Notes: generated from the letters alone by a model not told the origin. Positions 1-11,150 are shown, numbered from the stretch's first letter. The stretch is 64,000 bases of DNA from Nitrosarchaeum sp. (GCA_965223865.1 OZ245020.1:1632001-1696000); one strand, 5' to 3'. Numbers and translations: made by a program.

Positions 1-773
1 CCATGTAAAACTCCTTTAGGTTTTCCAGTTGTTCCAGATGTGTATAAGATGTAAAGAGGGTGTAAGCTATCTAGTTGCTCAGCGTTACATTTTTCTGATG
101 CATTTTGCATTAAATCATTCCAAAGTTTATCTTTTTCATTAATTTTGATTTTAGTTTTAGTTCTTTCAAAAATAATAACGTTATTTACAAAATCAAAATC
201 TTGTATTGCTTCATCTACAACTTCTTTTAGTTTAACAACAGAACCACGTCTATATCCACCATCAGCAGTGATAACTATTTTAGATTTTGAATCATCAATT
301 CTATCTCTAATTGATGATGCACTGAATCCGGAGAAAATAACAGTATGTGTTGCTCCAATTCTAGAACATGCTAGCATAGAGATTGGCAGTTCGGGAATCA
401 TCGGGAGATAAATTGTAACTCTATCACCTTTTTCTACACCTAGAGATTTTAAAACATTGGCAAGTTTTTGAACTTGAATCCACATATCCTTGTATGTTAA
501 GATTTTAGAATCTCCGTTTTCTCCTTCCCATAGAATTGCAGGTTTGTCAAATTTTGTTTTTTGATGAACATCCAATGCATTGTAAGAAGCATTAATTTTC
601 CCGCCTTCAAACCATTTTGCAAAAGGAGGATTCCAGTCAAGCGTTTTATCCCATTTAGAAAACCAATAGAGATTTTTAGCCTGATCATCCCAAAAACTCA
701 CAAAATCAGACTCTGCAGATTTTCTAGTTTTAGTGTCATAGTTTCCAAGGCCAATTTCATAAGGTTTGGACAT
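1..773 (-). CDS. acs: Acetate--CoA ligase (AMP-forming acyl-CoA synthetase), N-terminal part; runs off the window edge
   Basis: Not in the ORF track. Manual minus-strand translation from ATG 773 (MSKPYEIGLG...) gives KWFEGGKINASYNALD, GVEKGDRVTIYLPMIPE and the AMP-binding motif PLYILYTSGTTGKPKGV. Confidence 0.9.
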   Translation of the reverse strand, partial: MSKPYEIGLGNYDTKTRKSAESDFVSFWDDQAKNLYWFSKWDKTLDWNPPFAKWFEGGKINASYNALDVHQKTKFDKPAILWEGENGDSKILTYKDMWIQVQKLANVLKSLGVEKGDRVTIYLPMIPELPISMLACSRIGATHTVIFSGFSASSIRDRIDDSKSKIVITADGGYRRGSVVKLKEVVDEAIQDFDFVNNVIIFERTKTKIKINEKDKLWNDLMQNASEKCNAEQLDSLHPLYILYTSGTTGKPKGVLH

Positions 774-1022
774 CAAAGATCTTAAGATTTTGAACTTTCT
801 AAATTTAACTAGAGAAGAAAAAAGTGCAATTTTGAGGCTAAAATCAGTCATTTATTCAAATTAACAGATTCCAATAGGTAAAATTCTCAAAAACATTATT
901 GAAAATTTTTCAAAATAATCTTGATAATGAGATTAAACCATTCATAAAAATTGACATTTACAAAAATTGCCTGAAGATCGAGCTTGACCCCATCTTTCTT
1001 AATTTAATAAAAATGAAAAAAA

Positions 1023-1898
1023 TTATTGTGCTTCCATTCTAGCAAGCCAGTCGTTATCATTTTTGTCATCAGATGTTTCTGTTTTCACCTGTTGGGATGG
1101 TTCTGGGATTGTTGGTAGTGCTTCAGTCTCAATTGGAGGTTCTGGGATTGATTGTTGAGCCTCAACTGTAAAAGGTACTGAAGGTTCTGGTACTGGTTCT
1201 GTTGGTGCCTCTGGAAGGCTGGTCCGAACTACTTGTTCAGAATTGTCCAGATATGATACGGCTGATTCTTGTAGATGTACTTGTGGAGGTGCAATAGTAC
1301 TTTGAACTTCCATATCAAGATCTGCAATTCTTCTCTGAACATTTGAGATTTCTGCCGTTTCGTGAGTTACATGCTCAATTAATTCTGTTGTGCATGACTT
1401 CACGGTCTCAAATGTTGATTCTGAGATTTCATTGCTCTTGTATTGTACTTTTGCATCAAATAGCAACATCTTTGCAGACTTTCTTTGCTCTTCTAACTCT
1501 GTCAATCTTGCCTCAAGTTTGGCTTTGATTTCATGTTCTGTTTCATCTAATGATACAAGTTTTGACTTGTATTTTTCATGAATTATTTCTGCATCTGATT
1601 TCATGTCATCATTTTCAGAAACAATATCTATCAAGGCCTTTAGACGACGTAGGGTTAGTTGTTTCTCGCGTAGAAGTCTTTGTGAGTCAAGTCTCCATTT
1701 TGGAATAAAAATAACAACATCGCCTTGGACTACTAATTGCTCATATTGGATTTGCTGTAAACCCTGAGAACCGCAGTCAATCCCTACTGATTGGATGCTT
1801 CCATCAATGTCAGTTATTGTTCCAACTACTTTACCCATGAATGTACCGTACATGTCTTTGACGTTTTTACCGATAATATCGATATCGTCGTGGGTCAT
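1023..1898 (-). CDS. cdvA: Cell division protein CdvA
   Basis: N-terminal PRC-barrel-like region (IGKNVKDMYGTFMGKVVG), long coiled coil and Pro/Glu-rich tail typical of thaumarchaeal CdvA. Confidence 0.85.
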   Translation of the reverse strand: MTHDDIDIIGKNVKDMYGTFMGKVVGTITDIDGSIQSVGIDCGSQGLQQIQYEQLVVQGDVVIFIPKWRLDSQRLLREKQLTLRRLKALIDIVSENDDMKSDAEIIHEKYKSKLVSLDETEHEIKAKLEARLTELEEQRKSAKMLLFDAKVQYKSNEISESTFETVKSCTTELIEHVTHETAEISNVQRRIADLDMEVQSTIAPPQVHLQESAVSYLDNSEQVVRTSLPEAPTEPVPEPSVPFTVEAQQSIPEPPIETEALPTIPEPSQQVKTETSDDKNDNDWLARMEAQ

Positions 1899-2031
1899 GA
1901 GTACTGGTTAAGAGATTTGTATAACCCACAAAGTGTTAGAAAGGTTTCTAGTTTTGGTAAGATTATTTTTACTAACTCAAAATCACGATTTTTTGAGAAA
2001 TTTTAAAATTCAATGACAATCAGGAAACATT

Positions 2032-2316
2032 ATGATTCAACGTGAAGAATTAGAACAAATTTTGTATTTTGTCTCAAAGAGATGGATCGATATCACCAAA
2101 GAACCGAACAATAAAGCAATGGAAACTCTTCCAAGTAACTTTTGGATGAATTCAGTTGGCGGAAAAGCAGGTAAAGGAAGATGGATTACAGCATTAATGT
2201 ATACAGAAAACGAAATGGATGCAAATGCATTCAAAGAAGTTCTATTAAGATGGCAGACAAAAGGAATGGAGAAAACACAAGCTCCAGATCTAATTCAAAT
2301 TGGAAAAAAGAAATAG
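2032..2316 (+). CDS. Hypothetical protein
   Basis: 94-aa ATG ORF filling the gap before thyX; no recognised motif. Confidence 0.6.
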   Translation: MIQREELEQILYFVSKRWIDITKEPNNKAMETLPSNFWMNSVGGKAGKGRWITALMYTENEMDANAFKEVLLRWQTKGMEKTQAPDLIQIGKKK

Positions 2317-2348
2317 ACTATTAATAATTGATAAACTTTTGAAATTTA

Positions 2349-3968
2349 TTGTCAGAGTTTACAATTAATGAAAAGAAGATTCTGTCAGATCACTTTTCAA
2401 ATACAGATGATAATGTCTTTGCAATAACAACTCCACAACAAGTAGATCGTGGAGCTCTAATGTCAAGGTATAGTAGAACCGATAAGAGCATGCGAAGAAT
2501 ATTCTTAGATGAATTTTTAAAAAATAAAAACAGAGGAGAAGAATTCTACAACAGAGTTCTATTAGAATACGGAGATGATTCTGTAGCAGAATTGGGTGAA
2601 GCACAAATTGCAATTGAAGGGTTATCAAATATTGCAGTAAAAAAAATTGAAGATAGAAGAATAGGTTTATCCTATTTAGAAAAATCATCAAGATATGTTG
2701 CATGGAATAAGAAAACAAATGGACAGTATAGATTCTATCGAGATCCAGAAATAATGAAATCAAAATTTGCGGATTTGTATTTAGATACGTGTAATTTTTC
2801 GTTTGATGTCTATTCAAAAAATATTGAACCTATGATAAATTATGTAAGAGAAAAATATCCAATTGAAAAATATTCTTTCAAAGACTCTAAAGAAAATAAG
2901 GAAAGATCATTTTCAAAATTAAGAGATGAAAAAGATATCAAATCGGCAACTATGATTTATAGAGGATCCACAAAAGCAAAAGCACTAGATATTCTCAGGG
3001 GTCTTTTACCAGCATCAACTCTAACTAATGTAGGACTTACTGGAAATGGTAGGGCATTTGAATATATGTTAACAGTTTTAGGCTCATCTGACCTATATGA
3101 AGAGAGAAATTTAGCCTCAAAAATTAAAAAAGAGTTGGATACAACAATCAAATCTTTTGTGCGAAGAGCTGATGACAAATACGGAAAAGCCCTGCAAGAA
3201 TATCTTAGAGACTTGAGAAAAACTACAAGGAAAATAACACAAAAAGAAATCAAACCAAAAAAAGTTGTGGGAGTTCACACTAAACTTGTAGATTATGAAT
3301 CAGAGAAGGATGCCATTAACAAAATAATTACAAGTATAATGTATGAGCAATCACCGAGTACATCATATCAAAATATTTTACAACAAGTGAAAAAAATGCC
3401 AAAGGAAGATAAAAGTAAAATAATCAATTCATTTACAAAATTAAGAAAAAACAGAAGACATAGACCGCCAAGAGCTTTTGAAAATACATACTATACTTTT
3501 GATCTTCTTAATAATTTTGGAATGTTTAGAGATTTACATAGGCATAGAGCTTTAACATTGCAAAGACAATTGTTAACCACAGAACATGGATATAACATAC
3601 CAGAAGAAATCAAAATTTTAGGAATTAAAAAAGAGTTTAAGGAGTGTATGGATAGGACTAAACAAACATTTGATAAAATTAGAAAAAAATTTCCAGAACA
3701 AGCCCAATATGTTGTAAATTTTGCATACAATTATCCATACTTTATGAAATTCAATTTACGTGAAGCTTGTCATCTTATAGAATTACGAACTGTGCCACAA
3801 GGACATAAAGATTACAGAAGAGTTGCCCAACAAATGTATAATGAGATCAATAGAGTTCATCCGAATCTTTGTAAAATAATTAAATTTGCAGATTTAAAAG
3901 AATATGATTTAGAAAGATTTGAATCAGAAAAAAGAACTGCTGAAAAGAAAAAAAAGCTAAACAGATAA
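2349..3968 (+). CDS. thyX: Flavin-dependent thymidylate synthase, tandem-domain type
   Basis: Two ThyX-like halves with motifs [10 protein letters not shown] and FRDLHRHR...IELRT; TTG start. Confidence 0.88.
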   Translation: MSEFTINEKKILSDHFSNTDDNVFAITTPQQVDRGALMSRYSRTDKSMRRIFLDEFLKNKNRGEEFYNRVLLEYGDDSVAELGEAQIAIEGLSNIAVKKIEDRRIGLSYLEKSSRYVAWNKKTNGQYRFYRDPEIMKSKFADLYLDTCNFSFDVYSKNIEPMINYVREKYPIEKYSFKDSKENKERSFSKLRDEKDIKSATMIYRGSTKAKALDILRGLLPASTLTNVGLTGNGRAFEYMLTVLGSSDLYEERNLASKIKKELDTTIKSFVRRADDKYGKALQEYLRDLRKTTRKITQKEIKPKKVVGVHTKLVDYESEKDAINKIITSIMYEQSPSTSYQNILQQVKKMPKEDKSKIINSFTKLRKNRRHRPPRAFENTYYTFDLLNNFGMFRDLHRHRALTLQRQLLTTEHGYNIPEEIKILGIKKEFKECMDRTKQTFDKIRKKFPEQAQYVVNFAYNYPYFMKFNLREACHLIELRTVPQGHKDYRRVAQQMYNEINRVHPNLCKIIKFADLKEYDLERFESEKRTAEKKKKLNR

Positions 3969-3999
3969 TATTCTAATATTATTAAAAATAAAATATATC

Positions 4000-4401
4000 A
4001 TGTCAGAAAAGATTTCAAAAACTCCTGAAGAATGGAAATCAGAGCTGACTCCAGAGCAGTATGAGATATGTATCAATAAAGGAACAGAGCCGCCATTTAG
4101 TGGGAAATATTGTTACATCAAAGAAAAAGGAATCTACAAGTGTGTTTGTTGTGATGAACCATTATTCAAATCAGATACAAAATTTGATTCAGGCTCAGGA
4201 TGGCCAAGTTTTTGGGAGCCAATTTCAGATGAAAAAATAGAATATCTATCAGACACATCATATGGAATGGCTCGAACAGAGGTAAATTGTATGAAATGTG
4301 GTGCTCATTTAGGACATGTATTTGATGATGGGCCAAAACCCACCAATCTCAGATATTGCATAAACTCTATTTCATTAGATCTGAGTAAAAGTGAGGAATA
4401 A
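4000..4401 (+). CDS. msrB: Peptide-methionine (R)-S-oxide reductase
   Basis: [35 protein letters not shown] and two CxxC motifs. Confidence 0.97.
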   Translation: MSEKISKTPEEWKSELTPEQYEICINKGTEPPFSGKYCYIKEKGIYKCVCCDEPLFKSDTKFDSGSGWPSFWEPISDEKIEYLSDTSYGMARTEVNCMKCGAHLGHVFDDGPKPTNLRYCINSISLDLSKSEE

Positions 4402-4533
4402 GTTGGTTTGAAAATTCTCATTTGAAAAAATTTCAATTTCATTCAAAAATTATTAATAAAACTCCACTAATGGTAAGAAAATCAGAGTGAGTTAAATGAG
4501 CAAAGATCACAAATCAAAAAGGAAAGAAGTAAT

Positions 4534-5544
4534 TTGAGAATAATACTTTGCGGATTTGGTGTGGTTGGCCAAAGTTTAGTCAAACTATTTGTTTCAAGAT
4601 CAGAGGACCTCTATGCAAAATATGGACTAAAGCCAAGAGTAGTAGGAGTATTTGACAGCAAAGGCAGTGCTGTTGATTCATCAGGACTAGACTTGGAAAA
4701 ATTAATTGAAGTAAAGAAAAAATTTCAAACTGTAAAAGACTATGCAAAAACAAAAAACCAGATGTCAGGAATAGACATGATAAAAAATCTGGATGCAGAT
4801 GTACTAATTGAAACTACGGCAAGTAACTACAATGATGCAGAACCTGGAATGACACACATTACAAATGCAATGAAGCATAAAATGCATGTAATATCTGTAA
4901 ACAAAGGTCCGTTAGCATTAGCATTTCCTTCCCTTATGGAACTAGCCACATATAATCAAGTTATGTTCAAATTCAGTGGAACGGTTGGTGGAGGCACTCC
5001 AATTTTAGATTATGCAAAAAATAGCCTCAAAGGTGAAAGAATCACATCATTTGCAGGCATTCTAAACGGCACTACAAATTACATTTTAACAAATATGGCA
5101 AATGGACTATCATTTGATGCTGCGCTAAAGGATGCCAAAGATAAAGGATATGTTGAAGCAGATGAAACTTTGGATTTAGATGGTCTTGATGCTGCTGCAA
5201 AATTAGTGATTCTGGCAAATTGGGTGATGGATATGAAAGTTACAATGCCGGATATCAAGTGCATAGGTATTCGCAAAGTTACCACAGATGATATCAAAAA
5301 AGCAGCCAAGAACAAGTGCGCAGTCAAACTAATAGCATCATGCAATAAAGAACTTGAGGTAACTCCTAAAGAAATTTCAATTGAAGATCCTTTATGTGTT
5401 AATGGAACCCTTAATGCAATTGCATTTACATCAGAGCATTCAGGTACTCAGACAATAATTGGAAGAGGAGCTGGAGGAATAGAGACAGCAAGTTCTATAC
5501 TCAGAGATTTGTTAGACATAAGACAAGAGATATCTAGAACTTGA
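4534..5544 (+). CDS. hom: Homoserine dehydrogenase
   Basis: GFGVVG Rossmann motif, VISVNKGPLA, GILNGTTNYIL, DAAAKLVILAN, GRGAGGIETA. Confidence 0.95.
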   Translation: MRIILCGFGVVGQSLVKLFVSRSEDLYAKYGLKPRVVGVFDSKGSAVDSSGLDLEKLIEVKKKFQTVKDYAKTKNQMSGIDMIKNLDADVLIETTASNYNDAEPGMTHITNAMKHKMHVISVNKGPLALAFPSLMELATYNQVMFKFSGTVGGGTPILDYAKNSLKGERITSFAGILNGTTNYILTNMANGLSFDAALKDAKDKGYVEADETLDLDGLDAAAKLVILANWVMDMKVTMPDIKCIGIRKVTTDDIKKAAKNKCAVKLIASCNKELEVTPKEISIEDPLCVNGTLNAIAFTSEHSGTQTIIGRGAGGIETASSILRDLLDIRQEISRT

Positions 5545-6017
5545 AGTCAAACTTAATTTCAAAAAGTGAGACATCTGCACTTTTAAAAAAACTATCAGAA
5601 AAATGGGCAATTGATGTTCCTAAAATAAAAAATCTTAAAGTACACCAAATTTCAAATGAAGCTCAGATTATTACAGGACAAGGAATCAAAATTCTGAAAA
5701 TAGATGAAGAATACATGCCATTCTTATCAGAAACTAGTACTCTTGAAAAATTCCCCTATGTTATGGTAGACATGGGAGCTGTAAAGTTTATGTGTAAAGG
5801 TGCCAATGTAATGAGACCAGGAATAAAAAATTATTCTGATTTTGAAAAAGACAATATAGTATGCATTATAGAAGAGTCACAACACAAATTTTTAGCAGTT
5901 GGAAAATCAATTGTTTCAAGTCAAGAGCTTGATAATATGGAAAAAGGAGAGGTTGTAAAAAACATGCATTATATTTCTGATAAATTCTGGGAAATTGGAA
6001 AAACTCTTTACGATTAA
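5541..6017 (+). CDS. PUA-domain RNA-binding protein (MCT-1/Tma20-like)
   Basis: VMVDMGAVKFMCKGANVMRPGI PUA motif and C-terminal HYISDKFW. Confidence 0.88.
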   Translation: MKSNLISKSETSALLKKLSEKWAIDVPKIKNLKVHQISNEAQIITGQGIKILKIDEEYMPFLSETSTLEKFPYVMVDMGAVKFMCKGANVMRPGIKNYSDFEKDNIVCIIEESQHKFLAVGKSIVSSQELDNMEKGEVVKNMHYISDKFWEIGKTLYD

Positions 6018-6610
6018 TTTATTTTTTCAGTAAACTCTTCAGTTCCTTCATTTGTAATAATAAGAATATCTAACCCATCACCACTTGCAGAGTCTCTAAG
6101 TGCTGCTGAACGAACTGCCTTTTTGGCCAAATCGATTGCATCATCCTTTGTCATGTTTGGTTTGAATTGTGGATCCAAAACTCCCAATGCCATTTCAGCT
6201 CCTGTTCCTACTGCAGCGTATTCGTCTGGAAGGACAGAACCTAAGGGATCAAGTGTATACAGTATTGGTTTGTCAACATTACCAGCAACAATTACTTGAG
6301 TTAAAAGTGGAAAGAATCTTCTTTCATACATCATATTTGACATCATCTTTGCGATGGTGTTTGGAGGAATATCTCTTTTTAATTCCATTTTTCTAATTTT
6401 TGCAAGTGCAGCAATTTGTAAAGTAAGAATTTGCATGTCAGCCACAAGACCAGCACACGTAGCACCTACTTTGGGAGTAATAGGAAAAGTTTTCTTTGAT
6501 GACTTGCTAACCAAGAAATTTCCAAAGGCTATTCTTTTTTCGCTGGCAAGAACAATGCCGCCATCAAATGTTATTCCCACTGCAGTTGCCCCTGGCATGT
6601 ACATTGACAT
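6014..6610 (-). CDS. psmB: Proteasome beta subunit
   Basis: GATAVGI...ASEKR, AGLVAD, LDPLGS, RDSASGDG (Ntn-hydrolase beta-type motifs). Confidence 0.93.
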   Translation of the reverse strand: MSMYMPGATAVGITFDGGIVLASEKRIAFGNFLVSKSSKKTFPITPKVGATCAGLVADMQILTLQIAALAKIRKMELKRDIPPNTIAKMMSNMMYERRFFPLLTQVIVAGNVDKPILYTLDPLGSVLPDEYAAVGTGAEMALGVLDPQFKPNMTKDDAIDLAKKAVRSAALRDSASGDGLDILIITNEGTEEFTEKIN

Positions 6611-6703
6611 ATTTCAAATGATTTTAGAGCATAATAAAGGGCTTTCTCCTTTTTCGTATAATTTACGAATAATTAATTTATAGAGTGAAAAAGGTCTTGC
6701 TGT

Positions 6704-7123
6704 ATGGTAGGAGCAAGCATCCATGAAACAAAATTAAATGACATTACAAACTTTGGCCTCAGAGCAGCCATAGGAGTAATTTTCATAGTTCATGGATCTG
6801 GGAAATTTAATCCAGGATTTGCAGGATTTCTAACAGGACCTTTAGGTTTGCCTCCAGAGATGCAGATTCCCATAGCATTAGCAGAATTGATACCAGGAAT
6901 TCTTTTGATCGTTGGAGTATTAACTAGAATTTCTGCTTCTATGATTTCAATAATTATGATTGGGGCAATTTTCTACGTCAAAAAAGCAGCTAGTTTGACA
7001 GGAGATGGGGCATATGAATTAGATCTCATATTACTTGCAGGATCTTTAGTGGTGATTGCTGCAGGTCCCGGAAGAGCATCATTGGCCCATATTATCAAAA
7101 AACTGCCAAGATACCTACACTAA
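6704..7123 (+). CDS. DoxX family membrane protein
   Basis: LRAAIGVIFIVHGSGK, AELIPGILLIVGVLTR and GPGRASL; four hydrophobic segments. Confidence 0.88.
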   Translation: MVGASIHETKLNDITNFGLRAAIGVIFIVHGSGKFNPGFAGFLTGPLGLPPEMQIPIALAELIPGILLIVGVLTRISASMISIIMIGAIFYVKKAASLTGDGAYELDLILLAGSLVVIAAGPGRASLAHIIKKLPRYLH

Positions 7124-8472
7124 TTTTTTCCAAATTTTTCCATTATTAAGCAGATGCATTTTGTAGTTTTTTGAAGTAAATCAATTCGGGCAAATTCGTT
7201 TGGAGAATGTATTCGAGAAAATATGTATGTACTACCAATTGAGATGCAAGGAGATTTTAGGATATTAGTAAAAGAGAACATCGGTCCAGTTCCAGCATTT
7301 GAAACATTAAGAATAGAGTTTCCAAAAGACTCATCGGCAGCATCCTTTACTGTAGTGACAAATGGGTCAGAAGGATTTGTTCTTACAGCAGCCTCGCCGT
7401 GAAAAACTTTGATGTTAATATCAGAAAATCCTTTTGATTTTAAATGATTTTTGAGTCTTGAAATTTGTTTTTTAGGATCCATTTGAGGAACAAGTCTAAA
7501 ATCAATTTTCACTAGAGCCTTTCCTGGTAGAACAGTTTTTGCACCTTCCCCAGTATAACCTGAAACAAATCCGGCAATATTACATGTTGCACCAGATACC
7601 AATGCTTTTTTTGCATCCATACCACGCATATTATCAACAAATGAATCAATGTCAAATTCTTTTTTGAAGGATTTTTCATCAAACGGTTCTTTGGAAATAA
7701 GTTCTAAATCAGTTTTTGATAAAGGCTTTACATCTTTGTACCAATCTTTAATGAGAATTTTTCCATTCTTATCTCGAATTGTTTTTAGTGCTTCAATTAA
7801 TCTCCATGCAGGGTTTTTGATTAATACTGCCAAACTTGAATGAGCATCACGAATAGATTCCACAACAGACAATTCAACAAAAAGAAGCCCTTTCATTCCC
7901 AAACTAATAATTGGTTTATTTTTAGGATCAACATATCCGAATTCCCATATTACACCATCACAAGAAAATTTCTTTTTGTGTTTTTTTAAATAATCTTCAA
8001 TATGTGCACTTCCAGTTTCTTCTTCGCCTTCTATTACAAATTTAATATTACATGGTACATCTCCAGTAGTTTTTAAAAATGCCTCAACTGCTTTGATTCT
8101 TGTAATTAATTCGCCCTTATCATCAGTAGAACCACGACCGAAGATCTTGTTTCCCTTTATTTTACCACTAAATGGTGGAAAATCCCACTGATCAAAGGGT
8201 TCTGCAGGTTGAACATCATAATGATTGTAAAACAGTAATGTTTTTGATGGATTTGATTTTGATTTGATTTCCCCATAAACTATTGGCGCAACATTTTTTT
8301 TCAATCTCAGAATTTCAGATTTTATTCCGGATTTTATCAATAATTTTTTGACAAGTTTTGCACATTCTTCAATTCCTTCATTTTTGGCAGAAACACTAGG
8401 TTGTCTAATTAAAATTTGTAAATCTGAAACAAGATTTTTCATGTGGGAATTTACATACTTGAGAGTATTCAT
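7120..8472 (-). CDS. M20/M25/M40 family metallo-hydrolase
   Basis: YNHYDVQP, GRGSTDDKG, EGEEETGS, IHSPNE. Start placed at ATG 8472 to avoid overlap. Confidence 0.93.
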   Translation of the reverse strand: MNTLKYVNSHMKNLVSDLQILIRQPSVSAKNEGIEECAKLVKKLLIKSGIKSEILRLKKNVAPIVYGEIKSKSNPSKTLLFYNHYDVQPAEPFDQWDFPPFSGKIKGNKIFGRGSTDDKGELITRIKAVEAFLKTTGDVPCNIKFVIEGEEETGSAHIEDYLKKHKKKFSCDGVIWEFGYVDPKNKPIISLGMKGLLFVELSVVESIRDAHSSLAVLIKNPAWRLIEALKTIRDKNGKILIKDWYKDVKPLSKTDLELISKEPFDEKSFKKEFDIDSFVDNMRGMDAKKALVSGATCNIAGFVSGYTGEGAKTVLPGKALVKIDFRLVPQMDPKKQISRLKNHLKSKGFSDINIKVFHGEAAVRTNPSDPFVTTVKDAADESFGNSILNVSNAGTGPMFSFTNILKSPCISIGSTYIFSRIHSPNEFARIDLLQKTTKCICLIMEKFGKN

Positions 8473-8476
8473 ATCA

Positions 8477-9340
8477 CTATACAATTTTATCAAAAGGTTT
8501 CATTACACTGGCAAGTTCTTCTAATAGATCCATAGAAGTCATGTGCAATCCTAGCTTTTTTTGAGCAGACTTTCCAGCAAGTCCATTGATAAATGTGGCT
8601 GCTGCACAAGATTCCAAAGTATTACGATTTTTTGAAAGCATACCTGCCACTAATCCAGACAACACATCACCAGTACCACCAACGGTCATTCCAGGAGTTT
8701 TCTTCTCAATAAGAAAAGTGGTATTTCCATCAGATATGATATCAGTAGAACCTTTTAACAAAACAGTAATTCCATTCTCTTTAGCATTTTTTTCAACAAG
8801 AGAGATTCTTTCTTTTTTAGAATCTGGAGGTAAAATCCCAAATAATCTCTTAAACTCTCCTGCATGAGGAGTCACTACAACATTTTTGTCAGGTAAAAAC
8901 GGTAAAACTTCTGGAATCAATGCACTTGCATCCAAAGAAAGACGAACATCTCTATCAAGTAGTGATTTTATCAGATTTATCAATGCAGTTTTTTCTTGAA
9001 TTGCAAGTCCCATACCAATAGTTGCAGAATCAAGATTTCGTGGTAATGCACCAAGCAGTTTATTCACAGCACCCCGCGTTAATTTTTGATCAACTAAGGG
9101 AATTACAATAAGATTTGGAGAGATTGCTCTTGTTGGTGTAACGTTGATCTTTGGAATAGCAGTGTACACCAAGTCTGTTCCGCAGCGTAATGAAGCAATT
9201 GATGATAAAATAGGCGCTCCATGATAGATGTAGCTTCCTCCTACTACCAAAACTACTCCATTGTCTCCCTTTCTAGAGTTTGATTTACGTGGCGGAATGA
9301 ATTTCTTAATATCTGAAAGTTGAAGAGATTTTCTTATCAC
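8477..9340 (-). CDS. nnrD: ADP/ATP-dependent NAD(P)H-hydrate dehydratase (YjeF C-terminal)
   Basis: SRKGDNGVVLVVGGS, LDASAL, VVTPHAGEF, GGTGDVLSG. Start uncertain (GTG 9340 or TTG 9358). Confidence 0.92.
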   Translation of the reverse strand: MIRKSLQLSDIKKFIPPRKSNSRKGDNGVVLVVGGSYIYHGAPILSSIASLRCGTDLVYTAIPKINVTPTRAISPNLIVIPLVDQKLTRGAVNKLLGALPRNLDSATIGMGLAIQEKTALINLIKSLLDRDVRLSLDASALIPEVLPFLPDKNVVVTPHAGEFKRLFGILPPDSKKERISLVEKNAKENGITVLLKGSTDIISDGNTTFLIEKKTPGMTVGGTGDVLSGLVAGMLSKNRNTLESCAAATFINGLAGKSAQKKLGLHMTSMDLLEELASVMKPFDKIV

Positions 9341-9382
9341 AATATGACTGTCAAACAAAGAGGAATAAATCTTGTTTTGGTA

Positions 9383-10216
9383 TTACCTTGAGGACAATGT
9401 ACGAGATTTTTTGGTAGGTTTCGATTTTTTAGAACCTCGCTCAAAGAAGGCTTTTCGAGCATAGCATAAGTAAGTAGTATGACCAATGCCTTGAAATGAA
9501 TGTCTTGTTTTTCCTTCTCTTGCCTCAATGGTTCGCAAAATATGCTCAGTGGACTCAATATCTGTGAATTCGTTTTCTACCAATGCAAGAGTCAATTTTT
9601 CTAATTGATTCATTGTAGGACAGATGGCAAAAATTGCTCCACTTCCCTTCAGCATTTTTCGAATCTGAGGGATTACAGTCCACGGATCACCTAAATCGAT
9701 TAGTGCAATATCAGCATCATCAAATGGTAATTTCTTGGCAGTTTTCAAATCTAACTTTTCTTGTGTAACATATTTTGAGACTCCTGCTTTATGGATATTT
9801 TTTTCTGCAATCTTCATAAAATTTTCATCTACATCATAAGTGTAAACATGTCCACGAGGTTTTACAACACTTGCAACAAATGAAGTTAGAGAACCACTAC
9901 CAGTTCCAATTTCGATAATTTTTTGACCACTGGTAATTCCGGCTCGTGCAATTATGTATCCAATGTCTTTTGGATAAACAATCTGAGTACCATGTTGAAT
10001 TTTCATAATATAATCATAGATAGTAGGTTTTAGAAGATAGACATACTTGTCCTTGTTTGTTATTAGACGAGAACCATATTCTTTTCCTATTGCATCAGTA
10101 TGTTTAATCACACCAATATGAGTATGAAGAGATTCTTTTTTTGAGATTTTTACAAGCCATTTTTTTGAATGATTAAAGTAAAATAAAACAGGAGAATTTT
10201 GCTTAATCTTATCCAT
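9383..10216 (-). CDS. trmI: tRNA (adenine-N1)-methyltransferase, GCD14/TrmI family
   Basis: TQIVYPKD, IEIGTGSGSLT, DLGDPW, IGHTTYL. Confidence 0.93.
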   Translation of the reverse strand: MDKIKQNSPVLFYFNHSKKWLVKISKKESLHTHIGVIKHTDAIGKEYGSRLITNKDKYVYLLKPTIYDYIMKIQHGTQIVYPKDIGYIIARAGITSGQKIIEIGTGSGSLTSFVASVVKPRGHVYTYDVDENFMKIAEKNIHKAGVSKYVTQEKLDLKTAKKLPFDDADIALIDLGDPWTVIPQIRKMLKGSGAIFAICPTMNQLEKLTLALVENEFTDIESTEHILRTIEAREGKTRHSFQGIGHTTYLCYARKAFFERGSKKSKPTKKSRTLSSR

Positions 10217-10465
10217 GAAAATACCCAAGAAAAATTAGATAAGAACCTACTGATTCTTTGTATATCATATAAGATATAGAAATCAAGGGATCAAACAGAA
10301 TAAAGATTTGACTTGACAATTGTAATCTTGTATGGCGACTTTAACATGAGATTATAACCATACATATTGGCTAAATATTCCAAATTTTAGATTGATTGAT
10401 TTGCAAGTCAATACTGTTTAGAGATTATTGGTCATGTATGAGATAATTAATTTTGAGAGGTATTG

Positions 10466-10996
10466 TTAACTTCCCCAGGCCAAAGGCAACAAAAATACCA
10501 TCATTACTGTAACAATTGGAATGCAGATGAGATCAAACGGAAGTCCATATCGAATCATCTGTCTTATCGATACATACCCACTGCCAATTGCAATGGCATT
10601 TGGAGGAGTTCCAACGGGCATCATGAATCCATAGCTTGTCGCAAATGCAACAGGTGCCATGAATAAAATAGGATCTAATTCTGCTGTAGAACCTAAAACT
10701 GCCATAATTGGGAGTAATAAAGCAGCTACAGCAGTATTGCTCATGAGTTCACTTGTTAGGATTGTAATGGTGACGATAATTAGAACAATCAAGAAAAAGT
10801 CAAGATCACCAATAAACAACATCTTGTCTGCTATCCAAGCACCTAATCCTAAAACAAGCTTGGCCTCAAAAACCAGTCCTTCTATTGGATATGAAAGAAT
10901 TATTGTAAATAAAATGGGAGCTATTACAAATCCTGTAAATCGTAGTCTGTTGTGTAATGGAATCCACTTGTTAAAATTATTCATTAAATTATTCAT
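10466..10996 (-). pseudogene. Internally deleted SLC13/DASS (Na+:sulfate/dicarboxylate) symporter
   Basis: C-terminal DASS motifs (SELMSNTAVAALLLPI, FMMPVGTPPNAIA) directly follow an N-terminus-like segment; only 176 aa, whereas the family is typically well over 400 aa. Confidence 0.75.
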
Positions 10997-11090
10997 GTGA
11001 GATTTTATTTAAGATTGATTCACAGAACAACATGTGTTTTTCAAATAATCCAAATCCTTATTGGTCAAAATGGTTCTTAAAATAGTGATT

Positions 11091-11150
11091 GGTTTGCACG
11101 CCAACACCCAGAGAGACAGCCAAGCGGGATATTGTGCACTCTCTGGGACA
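11091..11150. ncRNA. Candidate small structured RNA or cis element (GC-rich hairpin/pseudoknot)
   Basis: 34/60 G+C in an AT-rich intergenic region; perfect 9-bp stem CCCAGAGAG (11107-11115) / CTCTCTGGG (11139-11147), followed by ACA. Confidence 0.35.

Noticed and set aside
145-785. Tracked ORFs 145-411, 497-688 and 561-785
   Set aside because: They are alternative-frame or antisense shadows of the edge-truncated acs gene.
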